The translations under genes and the position numbers were made by a program. A stretch of 64,000 bases of DNA from an uncultured Acidobacteriota bacterium (lineage in GTDB: Bacteria > Acidobacteriota > JAQAZP01). Positions 50,287 to 61,494 of this stretch are shown here, piece after piece (within the stretch, counting starts at the first letter, position 1; the number at the start of each line of letters is the position of its first letter). The notes beneath the pieces are model-generated. The model searched no databases and was not told where the DNA came from. It saw nothing but the letters and a program-made list of their open reading frames with translations. The stretch spans positions 544,001 to 608,000 of the forward strand of contig CAWIIB010000001.1 in the NCBI GenBank assembly GCA_963836075.1, in the 5' to 3' direction.

Positions 50287-50628
50287 TTAGCGTTTCTCCC
50301 GGATTCTCGCCTGCTTGCCCTTCTTGTCGCGCAGGTAGTAGAGCTTGGCCCGGCGAACCCGGCCCCGTCTGACCACCTCGATCCTGTCGAGGATAGGCGA
50401 GTGCAGCGGAAAAATCCGTTCCACGCCGACGCCGTGGGATATCTTCCTCACCCGGAAGGTCTCCCGGATGCCGCCGCCGCTCCGCCCGATGATCACACCC
50501 TGGAAAACCTGGATCCGCTGCTTGTCACCTTCACGAACCTTGACATGCACCTTCACCGTGTCCCCCGGTCCGAAATCCGGCAGACCTTCCACCATCCCGC
50601 TCTTTTCCATAGCATCAACTACATTCAT
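50287..50628 (-). CDS. rplS: 50S ribosomal protein L19
   Basis: [39 protein letters not shown]. Confidence 0.98.
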   Translation of the reverse strand: MNVVDAMEKSGMVEGLPDFGPGDTVKVHVKVREGDKQRIQVFQGVIIGRSGGGIRETFRVRKISHGVGVERIFPLHSPILDRIEVVRRGRVRRAKLYYLRDKKGKQARIREKR

Positions 50629-50732
50629 GACCCTGTCCTCTTCACGGCGATTGACCGTCAATCCCGTCTGTTCCTGATCCCGATGCCCGCTCCACGGTTT
50701 CCGGCAGTGTTTCCGGAAACCAAGCCGGCAGA

Positions 50733-51482
50733 TCACCGGTCCTTGTTCTCATCCCTGTCGCCCTGATGGCGCTCCAGCCACCGGCGGTAGATATCCGGCC
50801 GCCTGGTGCGTGTATTCTCTATGGCGTTCTCCGCCCTCCAGGCGGCTATTCGCCCATGATCGCCGGAGAGCAGGACCTCCGGCACCTCCATCCCGCGAAA
50901 CGTTGCCGGCCGCGTGAAATGGCTGAAATCCAGCAGCCCGTCGGTGAACGAATCCCTGACGATGGACTCGCTGCAGCCGGCGGCCCCGGGAAGCAGCCGG
51001 GTGACGGCCTCCAGCAGAACCATGGCCGCCAGCTCCCCGCCGCTGATCACGTAATCGCCAAGGGACAACGACTGGGTGACCAGATGCTCCCGTACCCGCT
51101 CATCCACACCTTCGTATCGGCAACAAAGAAGCACCAGTCGCGTGAATCCTGACAATTCCACGACTTTTTGCTGCGTCAGCCGCTCCCCCTGGGGATCGAG
51201 GAGGATCACCGGTGTATCAGGCTCCGGCTCCAGCGCCTCCACCGCCCGGAACAGCGGTTCGGGCTTGTAGACCATCCCTCCCCCGCCGCCGTAGGGCAGG
51301 TCGTCCACCGAACCGTGCCGGTCGCCGGCGAACTGCCGCAGGTCGTGCAGCCCGATATCGATGATCCCCTTGCGCAGCGCCTGTCCGATCATGCCGCAGC
51401 CGCACACGCCGGAGAACATCTCGGGGAAGATGGTCACCAGGTCGAACCGCAACGGGACGGACCCGGCCGCTTCACGGCTCAA
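50733..51482 (-). CDS. trmD: tRNA (guanine-N1)-methyltransferase
   Basis: [46 protein letters not shown]. Confidence 0.97.
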   Translation of the reverse strand: MSREAAGSVPLRFDLVTIFPEMFSGVCGCGMIGQALRKGIIDIGLHDLRQFAGDRHGSVDDLPYGGGGGMVYKPEPLFRAVEALEPEPDTPVILLDPQGERLTQQKVVELSGFTRLVLLCCRYEGVDERVREHLVTQSLSLGDYVISGGELAAMVLLEAVTRLLPGAAGCSESIVRDSFTDGLLDFSHFTRPATFRGMEVPEVLLSGDHGRIAAWRAENAIENTRTRRPDIYRRWLERHQGDRDENKDR

Positions 51483-52075
51483 CGGTTGATCTCCAGCAGG
51501 CCCTCGGGAAGACGGACCCTGACGATTCCCTCTGAAAGATCGACATCATAGCAGAATTCCTCGACGGCCGGAATGAGGAAGGGGGCTTCTCCCGCTCCCC
51601 CTGACGGCCGTACTTCCAGGATGTCGCCCGCCGCCGTTCGCAGCAGTCCGCTGATCTGCCCCAGGCGGTCGCCGCTCTCGGTCACCACGGCCAGCCCCAC
51701 CAGCTGGTGATGGTAATACTGGCCTTCGGTCAGCTCCAGCTCGTCGCCGCCGGCGGCATAGAGCCGGCCGCCGCGCAACTCTTCGGCCCCGGAGATGGTC
51801 GCCACACCACGGAACCGCAGCACCAGCCGCTGGCCGATGGTGCGGCTCTCCTCCAATTCCGCCGGCCGCACCGGTGCAAAGCCTTTGCCCTCCGGCAGTT
51901 CCAGGAGCAGCTCCCCTGGAGCCCGAAACCGGATCTCGGGAAAATCGGTGCGCGGCTCAACATAGACTTCTCCCCGGTTGCCGCGGGGTTTTCCGATAAC
52001 CCCCACCAGAATCCGGGATTCGTCTCTATCCGTCACCGCTGGCTCCATCTGTGCGGTATATACCGTCCTACTCAA
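51479..52075 (-). CDS. rimM: ribosome maturation factor RimM
   Basis: VG.I.KP.G.RGEV, AEELRG, YY.HQL.GL, LIP, .PEGL; position in the rpsP operon. Confidence 0.92.
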   Translation of the reverse strand: MSRTVYTAQMEPAVTDRDESRILVGVIGKPRGNRGEVYVEPRTDFPEIRFRAPGELLLELPEGKGFAPVRPAELEESRTIGQRLVLRFRGVATISGAEELRGGRLYAAGGDELELTEGQYYHHQLVGLAVVTESGDRLGQISGLLRTAAGDILEVRPSGGAGEAPFLIPAVEEFCYDVDLSEGIVRVRLPEGLLEINR

Positions 52076-52298
52076 GAATCTCCAGCACGAACCGCTTCTT
52101 CAACTTCATCCCCGAAGCGCCGAGAATAGTCCGGATGGCACGGGCGGTGCGGCCCTGCTTGCCGATCACCTTGCCCAGGTCGTCCGGCGCCACACGCAGT
52201 TCCAGAACCGTTGTCTGCTCACCGTCGATTTTGGTCACCGTAACGGCATCGGGCTCATCCACCAGGCATTTGGCGATCAACTCCAGTAATTCCTTCAT
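52068..52298 (-). CDS. khpA: KH domain RNA-binding protein
   Basis: [22 protein letters not shown]. Confidence 0.93.
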   Translation of the reverse strand: MKELLELIAKCLVDEPDAVTVTKIDGEQTTVLELRVAPDDLGKVIGKQGRTARAIRTILGASGMKLKKRFVLEILE

Positions 52299-52350
52299 CG
52301 GCTCCCCCCCCTTTGGAAAACCGCCGGGGCAGCGTACCCGGCGTTGGCGC

Positions 52351-52626
52351 TCACTGAGAATCGCTGGCCGCTGCGTCGTCGGTCTTGATCTCCCGGGCAG
52401 GTTCGTTCAACAGGCTCTGGACCGTGTCCGACACCTGCGCCCCCTTACGCACCCATTCCAAGGCCTTTTCACGGTCGATGATGACCTCGGGCGGCTCGGT
52501 GCAGGGGTTGTAGTGACCGAGGGCTTCGATGAACCGGCCCGTCGGGGTTTTTCTCGAATCGCTCACCACGACCCGGTAAAACGGCTTCTTTTTTGCGCCC
52601 ATCCTCTTCAACCGGATAGCTAACAT
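52351..52626 (-). CDS. rpsP: 30S ribosomal protein S16
   Basis: [31 protein letters not shown]...GAQ.SDTV. Confidence 0.98.
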   Translation of the reverse strand: MLAIRLKRMGAKKKPFYRVVVSDSRKTPTGRFIEALGHYNPCTEPPEVIIDREKALEWVRKGAQVSDTVQSLLNEPAREIKTDDAAASDSQ

Positions 52627-52714
52627 TTTTCGACCTCCTTTTGTGTTCCACCGCGCGCCCCGTTCCGACGATCACTTCCTCTGTTCAGATGAACGGTGAA
52701 CCGGGTGTTTGGAA

Positions 52715-54055
52715 TCATGAGAACGGTAACTTGAGACCGCCCGGCATCTTGCGCTTGCCGGCCGCGGCGGTCATCGACCTCAACATCTTCTTGGTTTGTG
52801 AAAACTGCTTGACCAGCCGGTTCACGTCCTGCACCGTGGTGCCGCTGCCTTTGGCGATCCGCTTGCGCCGGCTGCCGTTGAGCACCCCGGGGTTGGTTCG
52901 CTCCTGCCTGGTCATGGAGCTGATGATGGCATCGATCTTCACCAGCTCCTTCTCCTCCAGCTCCATGTCTCCCATGTCCTTCATCTGGCCCATGCCGGGG
53001 ATCATCTTCATGATCTGGCTCAGCGGGCCCATCTTGCGCACCCGCTGGAGCTGCTGCCGGAAGTCCTCCAGGTCGAAGGAATCCCGTTTGAGTTTCTTCT
53101 GCAGGCTGGCCGCTTCGTCGGCGTCCACCCCCAGTTCGGCCTTTTCGATCAGGCTGAGCACGTCGCCCATGCCGAGGATCCGCGAGGCCATCCGCTCGGG
53201 GTGGAACAGTTCCAGGTCTTCGTATTTCTCGCCGGTGCCGACGAACTTGATCGGCTGGCCGGTCACCGCCCGCACCGAGATGGCCGCGCCGCCCCGGGCG
53301 TCGCCGTCCAGTTTGCTCAGCACCACGCCGGTGATGCCCAGGCGGTCGTGGAACTCGCCGGCGCTCTTCACCGCGTCCTGACCGGTCATGGCGTCGGCGA
53401 CGAACAGGATCTCCGTGGGGGCCAGCGTCTCCTTGAGCCGGGTCAGCTCCTCCATCAGGTTTTCGTCGATGTGCAGCCGGCCGGCGGTGTCGACGATCAC
53501 CACGTCGTAGCCGGCCTTGCGCGCCTCGGTCATGGCGCTGCCGGCGATCTTCACCGGGTCGTCCCCGGCATCCGAGGGGTGCACCGGCAGGCCCACACCG
53601 CGGCCCACCACCTGCAGCTGTTCGATGGCCGCCGGCCGGTAGACATCCGCCGGCACCAGGTAGGGGGTCTTTCCCTGCTCCCGGAGCCAGCGGCCGATCT
53701 TCCCGGTGGAGGTGGTCTTACCCGAGCCCTGGAGACCCACCATCAGGATCACCGTGGGCGGGTTGGAGTGGAACTGCAGCCTGCTGGCCGAACTGCCCAG
53801 CAGCTCCACCAGTTCGTCGCGGACGATCTTCACCACCTGCTGCCCCGGGGTGAGGCTGGAGAGCACCTCCTCGCCGGTGGCTTTCTCGCGGATCCGCCCC
53901 AGGAGGTCCTTGACCACCTTGAAGTTCACGTCCGCTTCCAGCAGGGCCAGACGGATCTCCCGCAGGCCGTCCTTGACCTGGCCCTCGTTCAGCGAGCCGT
54001 GGCCCCGCAGGGTCTTGAAGGTCTGCTGGAGTTTGTCGGTCAACGAGTCGAACAT
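52715..54055 (-). CDS. ffh: signal recognition particle protein
   Basis: ALLEADVN, GLQGSGKTT, DVYRPAA, DTAGR, KLDGDARGG, M domain with SR..RIA.GSG. Confidence 0.98.
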   Translation of the reverse strand: MFDSLTDKLQQTFKTLRGHGSLNEGQVKDGLREIRLALLEADVNFKVVKDLLGRIREKATGEEVLSSLTPGQQVVKIVRDELVELLGSSASRLQFHSNPPTVILMVGLQGSGKTTSTGKIGRWLREQGKTPYLVPADVYRPAAIEQLQVVGRGVGLPVHPSDAGDDPVKIAGSAMTEARKAGYDVVIVDTAGRLHIDENLMEELTRLKETLAPTEILFVADAMTGQDAVKSAGEFHDRLGITGVVLSKLDGDARGGAAISVRAVTGQPIKFVGTGEKYEDLELFHPERMASRILGMGDVLSLIEKAELGVDADEAASLQKKLKRDSFDLEDFRQQLQRVRKMGPLSQIMKMIPGMGQMKDMGDMELEEKELVKIDAIISSMTRQERTNPGVLNGSRRKRIAKGSGTTVQDVNRLVKQFSQTKKMLRSMTAAAGKRKMPGGLKLPFS

Positions 54056-54185
54056 CGCCGCTTCACCTTGGCAACCGCCGGACGCACTAACGCGCGGCGG
54101 ACAGAATCCACCTTGGTCCCGGCGGAACGGTGCAGAAAAACCCGCTCCGGTGCCCGCCGTTACCTTCGAATATCATGAACAGGGG

Positions 54186-54214
54186 AATTTATCGAAAAAA
54201 CGAGCAGAAGTCAA
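54186..54214 (-). promoter_or_regulatory. putative ffh operon promoter
   Basis: TTGACT-17-TAAATT. Confidence 0.5.
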
Positions 54215-54247
54215 TGAAACTATAATATTTCCGGGGAATCCGGGGCG

Positions 54248-54919
54248 CTAGAGAAAGCCGTGATCGGCCAGCATCTGCTCGTCCACCGTGCCCCCGCCCT
54301 TGCCTTCCCGGTCTCCGGCGGCCGTACCGCCCCGCCGGTCCAGCATCCGGGCCACATACTTGCCGAGAATGTCCACTTCGAAGTTGAAGCCGTGGCCGGG
54401 GGCCAGGTCGCCGAGGGTGGTGGCGGCCAGGGTCTGGGGGATGATGGCGATCTCCGCCTGCAGGCCGTCAAGATGGGCCACGGTGAGGCTCACACCGTTC
54501 ACCGCCACCGAGCCCTTCTGCACCACGTAGCGGCCCAGGCCTTCGGGGATGGTGAACGCCAGCTGCAGCCAGCCGGAGCGGTGGGTGGCGGCGGTGACCA
54601 GAGCCACCCCGTCCACATGGCCCTGGACCAGGTGGCCGCCCAGCCGGCCTCCCAGTTGCAGGGCCCGCTCCAGGTTCAGCCGGGCCCCGGGGCGCAGGGC
54701 GCCCAGGGTGCTGCGGCTGACGGTCTCCTCGGAGAGGTCGGCCCACCAGCGGTCGGCTGTCCGGCGGGTGACGGTGAGGCAGACCCCGTTTACCGCCACG
54801 CTGTCCCCCACACCCAGCTCCGGGGCCAGCAGTGGGGCACCGATCTCGAAGCGCATGCCGCCGGGGACCTTTTCGGTCCGCTGCAGCGTGCCCACTTCCT
54901 CCACCAGGCCGGTGAACAT
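54248..54919 (-). CDS. ribE: riboflavin synthase alpha chain
   Basis: MFTGLVEE, S.AVNGVCLTV, NLERA, GGHLVQGHVD, KGSVAVNGVSLT. Confidence 0.96.
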   Translation of the reverse strand: MFTGLVEEVGTLQRTEKVPGGMRFEIGAPLLAPELGVGDSVAVNGVCLTVTRRTADRWWADLSEETVSRSTLGALRPGARLNLERALQLGGRLGGHLVQGHVDGVALVTAATHRSGWLQLAFTIPEGLGRYVVQKGSVAVNGVSLTVAHLDGLQAEIAIIPQTLAATTLGDLAPGHGFNFEVDILGKYVARMLDRRGGTAAGDREGKGGGTVDEQMLADHGFL

Positions 54920-54921
54920 GT

Positions 54922-56058
54922 CTATTCTCCACGAGGGACAGCTTCCACCAGCAGGTCGCGGCCCACCCGCCGGCAGGAGAGCCGGTCCAGTTTCACGGCC
55001 CGCTGGAGGTCGTCCCCGGGCAGGCCGCTGAGCAAAGGTATGCTCATTGTACCCCCCAGCAGCTTTGGCGCAAGGAAGATCGACAGACGGTCCACCAGGC
55101 CGGAGGCCAGAGCCGCTGCGTTGAGTGTGGCGCCCCCCTCCAGGAGAAGACGGGTGACCTGCCGTTTTCCCAGGACCTGCAGGACCCGCTGCAGGTCGAG
55201 GCCCCCGCTCCGTGCCTTGGCGGTGCGGATCACCTCGGCTCCGGCATCCACCAGGGCTTTCTCGCGGTTCCTCGGTGCGCTTTTGGAGGTGAAGACCAGC
55301 ACGGGCCCCCGCTGGGGGTTGGTCAACATTCTGCTGTGGGCGGGGAGCCGCAGGCGGCTGTCCAGCACTACCCGGGTCACCCTTTTCCAGTCCCATTGCC
55401 GGCCGCCCGAGGGGGGCCGGGGAGTGAGGTCGGGATCGTCGGCCAGGGCGGTGCCCGCGCCCACCATCACCGCGTCGGAGCCGAGACGCCAGCGGTGCAC
55501 CAGCCGGCGTGACTGCTCGCAGCTGATCCACTTCGAGCGCCCGCCGGCAGCGGCGATCTTGCCGTCGAGGGTCATGGCCGCCTTGAGCTGGACAAAGGGC
55601 AGCCCGCAGACGATGTGGCGGATGAAGGCCTCGTTGAGCGTGCGGGCCTCGTCTTCCAGCAGGCCGGTGCGCACCTCGATGCCGGCCCGGTGCAGGGCCC
55701 GGAAACCCCGGCCAGCCACCGCCGGGTTGGGGTCTTTCATGGCCGCCACGACGCTGTGCACCCCGGCCTCGATCAGGGCCCTGCTACAGGGCGGGGTGCG
55801 GCCGTGGTGCGAGCAGGGTTCGAGGTTGACATAGAGCGTGGCGCCCCGGGCCGTCTTCCCGGCCGCGCCCAGGGCTTCGATCTCGGCGTGGGGCAGGCCG
55901 GCGGCATGGTGATACCCCTCACCCACCACCCGGCCCCGGCGCACGATGACGCAGCCGACCATGGGGTTGGGGCTGGTGCGGCCCCAGCCCCGCCGGGCCA
56001 GGGTCAGCGCCCGCCGCATCCAATTCCGGTCATCGCTGCTGAAGCTCTGCTGGGTCAC
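54922..56058 (-). CDS. ribD: bifunctional riboflavin deaminase/reductase
   Basis: PNPMVGC, HAE, LEPCSH.GRTPPC, TLDGKIA, LEGG. Confidence 0.96.
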   Translation of the reverse strand: MTQQSFSSDDRNWMRRALTLARRGWGRTSPNPMVGCVIVRRGRVVGEGYHHAAGLPHAEIEALGAAGKTARGATLYVNLEPCSHHGRTPPCSRALIEAGVHSVVAAMKDPNPAVAGRGFRALHRAGIEVRTGLLEDEARTLNEAFIRHIVCGLPFVQLKAAMTLDGKIAAAGGRSKWISCEQSRRLVHRWRLGSDAVMVGAGTALADDPDLTPRPPSGGRQWDWKRVTRVVLDSRLRLPAHSRMLTNPQRGPVLVFTSKSAPRNREKALVDAGAEVIRTAKARSGGLDLQRVLQVLGKRQVTRLLLEGGATLNAAALASGLVDRLSIFLAPKLLGGTMSIPLLSGLPGDDLQRAVKLDRLSCRRVGRDLLVEAVPRGE

Positions 56059-56068
56059 CGTGCCTCCG

Positions 56069-57010
56069 CTATTCGAACAGGGCCTCCACGAAACGGTCGG
56101 GGTCGAAGACCAGCAGGTCCTCCACCTGCTCCCCCACCCCCACGAAGCTCACCGGCAGGTCCAGCGCCTCGACGATGCCCAGGGCCACACCGCCCTTGGC
56201 GCTGCCGTCCAGCTTGGCCAGCACCAGCCCGGTGACCTCGATGGACTGGGCAAACACCTGGGCCTGGCTGATGCCGTTCTGCCCGGTGGTGGCGTCGAGC
56301 ACCAGCAGCACCTCGTGGGGCGACCCGCCGATCTCCCCCGAGGCCACCCGTTTCATCTTCTCCAGCTCGCGCATCAGGTTGCTCTTGGTGTGCAGCCGAC
56401 CGGCGGTGTCCACCAGGAGGATGTCGGCCTTGCGCGCTTTGGCCGCCGCGCAGGAGTCGAAGAGCACAGACGAGGGGTCGGCCCCGCCGGCCCCGCGGAT
56501 CATCTCCACCCCCACCCGGGTGGCCCAGCGTCCCAACTGCTCAACCGCCGCGGCGCGGAAGGTGTCGGCGGCGCAGATCAGCACCCTGTTCCCCTCGTCC
56601 ATGTAGTGCCGGGCCAGTTTGCCCACGGTGGTGGTCTTGCCCACGCCGTTGACCCCCACCACGAAGACCACCCGGGGGTCTCCCGGGGCCGGGTCCTTCC
56701 CCCGGGCCTTGCCCACCGCACCGGCCAGGCGCAGCCCGTTCTTCATCTCGTCGTTGAGGAACATCTTCAGCACCTGCGGGTCGCGGATCTTGTCCCGCTC
56801 CACCCGCTGGCGCACCTCGTCCAGAAGTGCAGCGGCGGTGAGCGCCCCCACATCGGCGAGGATCAGCGTTTCCTCCAGGTCGTCGTAGAGGTCCTCGTCG
56901 ATCTTTTCGGCGCTTCCCAGCACCGAGTCGATCCGGCCCACCAGCGAGTCGTGGGTCTTGGATAGCCCCTTCTTGAGGCGGCTGAACAATCCTGATTTGC
57001 CAAAAACCAT
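56069..57010 (-). CDS. ftsY: SRP receptor FtsY
   Basis: LK.GL.KT, GVNGVGKTTT, DTFRAAA, DTAGRL, DATTGQN, KLDGSAKGG. Confidence 0.97.
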   Translation of the reverse strand: MVFGKSGLFSRLKKGLSKTHDSLVGRIDSVLGSAEKIDEDLYDDLEETLILADVGALTAAALLDEVRQRVERDKIRDPQVLKMFLNDEMKNGLRLAGAVGKARGKDPAPGDPRVVFVVGVNGVGKTTTVGKLARHYMDEGNRVLICAADTFRAAAVEQLGRWATRVGVEMIRGAGGADPSSVLFDSCAAAKARKADILLVDTAGRLHTKSNLMRELEKMKRVASGEIGGSPHEVLLVLDATTGQNGISQAQVFAQSIEVTGLVLAKLDGSAKGGVALGIVEALDLPVSFVGVGEQVEDLLVFDPDRFVEALFE

Positions 57011-57112
57011 ACTGCTCCACTCTGGTAGATGGGTTCGGAGCGTGGCGGGCCGAGCCCGAGCCCTCACCGGCCATCGTCGCCGAAAGCCGGAGACAGCTGC
57101 GGGACCTCCGGG

Positions 57113-57950
57113 CTAGTGCCCGGCCTGCTCCAGCATGTTGAGATAGCGGGCCGTCTGCGCGCTGTACTCGGTGCCCGGGGCGTAGCGCATCACCCACTCG
57201 AAGTTCAGGCGGGCCTTCACACCATTCCCGGCGCGGAAATAGAGCCGGCCCAGGCTGAAATGGATTTCCGCATTTTCCGGCATCTCGTCGAGCACCCTTT
57301 CGTACTCCACAATGGCCTCGGTCTCACGGCCCAGACGCTCGAGCATCAGTCCCCGCTGGTGCCGGGCCTGGATGTAATCGTCCTTCTTCTCCAATGCATG
57401 GGTGTAGTAATAGAGGGCCTCTTCCATGTTGCCGGCATTGGCCGCCGAGAACCCGAGATTGTAGTACGCGACCCAGGGCTTGCCGTAACCCGGGGCTTCC
57501 AGCAGCCGGCGAAACGACTCCATGGCCTTGAGGTATTCGCCCTGCTCGTTGTAGATCATCCCCCTGATGTTGTAGCACTCGGTGTATTCCGGATTCAGCT
57601 CCAGGGCCCGGTCGGCCTCGGCCATCGCCTCCGGGTAACGGCCCACCCGGAAATAGGCCAGGGACAGGCTGTAGTGGACGAGGACGTTCCTCTCGTCAAG
57701 CTCCAGGGCCTTGCGGAAGGAGGTGATCGCTTCCTGGTAGTTCCCCTGACCGAGGAGCATGGCTCCCTTCTGATACTCGTTTATCGCCTGTTCCGCCCCC
57801 GAGGGCTCTTCCTCGATATTTTTCTTCCCGCAGGCACTGCCGGTGAAACCGGCCGCCAGCAGCAGGAGCAGCAATGCGGCGAGGACCGGCCTCGGCCGAT
57901 TCGCGTTGCAACCGACACCGGCCGCTGCCCGTGCTGAAACCGATGCTCAT
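57113..57950 (-). CDS. TPR lipoprotein (PilF/PilW/Tgl-like); probable +1 indel in the signal peptide
   Basis: Lipobox GSAC followed by about 6 TPRs, with P.Y..P..A..NLG as in pilotin-like proteins. ATG 57950 has a GGAGG RBS but is one base out of frame with ORF 57113..57874. Confidence 0.7.
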
Positions 57951-58004
57951 CTCTCGATCCTCCATGAAAACGGAACGTGTCCGACACCATTGAAGCGCCG
58001 GTTC

Positions 58005-59821
58005 TCAATTCGGGGCGATCTCTCCCGACTGCACTACCTGCTCCAGGGCCTGCACCACCGCCGGGTCGTAGCGGATCCCGGAAAAACTCTTGATCAGCTC
58101 CACCGCCTCGCCGGTGGGGATCCGGGGCTGGTAGCAGCGGTCGGTGGTCATGGCGTCGAAGGTATCGGCCACGCCGATGATCCGGGCCATCACCGGTATC
58201 TCCTCTCCGCTCAGCCCCTCGGGATAGCCTCCGCCGCCGAAGTATTCGTGGTGGTATTTCACTCCCGGAACGCTCTCCGACATTTCCACAATGGGCGCCA
58301 TGATGCCGGCCCCCTTCACCGGGTGCATCTTCATCAGGGTGTATTCATCGTCGGTGAGCACCCCCTGCTTCTTCAGCACGCGGTCGTCGATGCCGATCTT
58401 GCCCACGTCGTGCAGCAGGGCGGCGATGCGGATCCGCTCCAGCTCCTCTTCATTGAGCCCCAGCTTGCGGCCCAGGGCCAGGCTGTAGGTGGTGACCCGC
58501 TCGGCGTGCCCGCGGGTGTAAGGGTCCTTCTCGTCGATGGCCTCGGCGATCATGCGCAGCGAGCCGAGGAACAGCTGGTTGTATTTCTCCAGCGCCGTCT
58601 TCAGCCGGGTGATGTAGTTCTCCAGGCTCACCGACATGAAGTTGAACGTGCGGGCCAGCTGGCCGATCTCGTCGTCGGAGCGGATTTCCACCCGGGCGGA
58701 GAAGTCGCCGGCGGCGGCGGAGCGGGTGGCTTCGGCCAGCTGCTGCACCGGCCGGGAGATGCGGCGCACGAAGAGCCAGCCGGCGATAACCGCCACCACC
58801 AGCCAGACCGCGGCCCAGGAGACGCTGCGCCGCACCATCTGGGTCACCTGGTAGTAGGCGTCGGCGTCGGCGATCTGGATCACCACCATGCAGTCGAGCA
58901 CCGGGATCCACTTCGAGGTGCCCAGCATGCCGGTGCGGCTGCCGTCGGGCGCTTCGGCGGTGAAGTCCATGGCCGTGGTGATCGATCGCCCGGATGGTTT
59001 GAGCAGCGGCTCGACGATGGGCACCGCGGAGTAGTCGGGCTCGCCCAGCAGTTCATTGCTGTCGGGGTGGGCAAAGAGCCGCCCCGACCCGTTGACCAGG
59101 TAGACCGTGTTGCGGTCGGTGCTCTGCTGGGCCACGCCGCTGAGCAATGGCTGGAGGTTGACCAGGGCCAGCAGCACGCCGCGCACCTCGCCCTTCCAGA
59201 GGATCGGCCGCGCCCCGGCCACCACCGGCACGGCCTGCTCCCGCAGGACAAAGGCCTCGCCGATCACCGGCTGCGGGCAGTTCCTCCCCCGACGGCACCC
59301 AGCCCTCCACCCGGCTGAAGATCTCCTGCAGCTTGTAGCCGTACTGCCGCTCGATCTCTGCCGGGTCAAGGCTCAGCGAGGCGGTGACCCCGCTGCCGCG
59401 GGCCTTGTCCACCAGGGCCAGGTAGAAGAAGGTCTGCTCGCCGTCCACATCCAGGGCCCGCTGCAGAATGGTTGTGCCGTGCTGCTCCAGCGCCTTGGAA
59501 AAGTCGCGGCTGCGGCGTGAAGTCCCGGTCGTTCTCCACGGCCTGGGCGATGGCCTCGATGCGGCCGACACTCTCCTCCACGTGGGCGGTGATGGTTTCG
59601 GAGATGAAATTGGCGATGGAGAGCTGCCGCTCCTTCTGGATCGTTCGCAGGGTCTCCCGGTTCATGTCGATGAGGATCCAGTAGGTGAAGAGCAGCGGCA
59701 CCACGCCGACAAAGAAGAGCATCACCAGCAGCGAGTAGAGAATACGCCACCGCGCCCGGGGGGGGTCGGACAACGGCAGGCCGCTGTCGCCGGTTGCAGG
59801 TATTTTGGACATCTTCATCAT
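58005..59821 (-). CDS. membrane-bound Cache-HAMP-HD-GYP phosphodiesterase (two +1 frameshifts, ~59510 and ~59276)
   Basis: ORFs 59366..59821, 59053..59571 and 58005..59369 join. TM-Cache-TM-HAMP (DEIGQLARTFN.M), then EKDPYTRGH, HDVGKIG, HHEYFGGGGYP, ADTFDAMTTDRCYQ. Confidence 0.85.
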
Positions 59822-61466
59822 TTCGCCAGAGGCTCGTAGGTTTCATAGGTCCGGCTCAACCCCTTGAGGGAGACCGGCCCCAGGTAGTTCCAGCCGAACC
59901 GTTCCTTGGTCATGCGGTAGGTGTTCTCGCCCACCACCACCTGCCCGGGACGGGAAACGCTCGACTCCAGCCGGGAGGCGACGTTCACCGTATCACCCAG
60001 CACAGTGTACTCCATCCGCCGCGGAGAGCCTATATCTCCGGCGATCACCCGGCCGCTGTTGATCCCGGCGCGGATGCGGAAGCGGTCAGCGGCGCTGCGC
60101 GTGCTGTTCAACTCGGCCAGCCGTTCCATCATCGCCAGTGCGGTTTCGATGGCCCGCACGGCGTGATCCGCCTGGGCGATGGGAGCGCCGAAAACGGCCA
60201 TGATCGAATCGCCCACATACTTGTCCAGCGTCCCCTCCCGGCGGAAAACCTCGTCGGTCATCACCGAAAAATATTCGTTGAGCAGTTCGGAAACCTGCAG
60301 CGGCTCCTTCTGCTCCGAAAGGGTGGTGAACCCGACAATGTCGGTGAACAGGATGCTGACCTCGGCCTCCTTGGCCTGCAGCCGCTCCGACCCTTCGGCC
60401 GGCGAGGCGTCGATGATCCGGTTGACCACACCGGGGCTGTGGTAGCGTTCCAGCCGGCTGCGCACCAGGCTCTCCCGCCGGATCTTTTCGTTGAGCCGGG
60501 CCCGTTCGATGGCCACCGCCGCGTAGTTGGCCAGGGCGGTGAGCAGTTCCAGGTCGTCCTCGCTGAATGAGGTGGTTTTTATCGAGGAGTCCACGTGAAT
60601 GATACCGATCACCAGGTCCCGAATCCCAGAGCGGCGCGCAGATGGCCGAACGGATCCCCAGCACGCGGATGCTCTCCCCGCCCTTGAACCGCGGGTCCAC
60701 CTGGGCATCGGTGGTCAGAATGGCCACCTTGTCCCGGAACACCTGGTCGGCGATGGTCTTGCTGATGGTGATGTTGGCCAGGTCGGTGTCGTGGTCCTTG
60801 CGCCGGACCACCTGGGGCTCGAGACGTTCGGTCTCCTCGTCGTAGAGCATCAGGAAGCCCGCGCTCCACCGGGATGTTCTCAAAGACCAGCTCCATCACC
60901 TTTTCCAGCAGTCCGTGGAGCGGTTCCACGGTGATCAGCGCCCGGGCCACCCGGGCCAGGATCTGCAGGTTGCGGTTGGCCTTGGCCACCCGGGCCAGCT
61001 GGCCTTCGGCGCCCGCGTCCGCGGCCGAGGGCCGCGTGCCGCTGCCCGGTTCTCTCCGGGGATCCTCCGCCGGGGCACCTTCCTGGGGCACCAGCATGGA
61101 ACTGAGGTCCTCCACCGAACGGACGATGGTGCCGCCGCCGGGGTCCAGAGGTTTCTCCTCGGAAAGGATCACCTTGTCGCCCAACGGCCCCTGGAGGGTC
61201 ATGGCAAAACCGCCCAGCACGATGGTGTCGCCGTCGTGCAGCGGGCTCTCCACCACCGCCACCCCGTTGATGGTGGTGCCGTTCTTGCTGCCCAGGTCAC
61301 GGATGGTCAGTCTCTCTCCCCTGCGCACGATGCGGGCATGTTCGCGGGAGATGCTCACATCGCCGAGCACCAGGTGGCATGATGGCGCCCGGCCGATGAT
61401 CGTGGTCTGTTCGGTGATCTCGAAGGATCGCGACTCACCCGATTCGGTGTAGAGCAGCTTGTTCAT
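59818..61466 (-). CDS. FHA-GAF-class III adenylate cyclase (two +1 frameshifts, ~60859 and ~60622)
   Basis: ORFs 60609..61466, 60086..60883 and 59818..60708 join. FHA (GR, SREH, SKNG), GAF (IRSAICAPL, FSEDDL.LL), cyclase (FTDIVGFT, DKYVGD, EYTVLGDTVNVASR). Confidence 0.87.
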
Positions 61467-61494
61467 CAGGTATCCACACGGACTCCAGGGTCCG

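Noticed and set aside
54056-56068. FMN riboswitch before ribD, or SRP RNA beside ffh
   Set aside because: Only 10 nt separate ftsY and ribD, and the ffh leader has no SRP domain IV motif.
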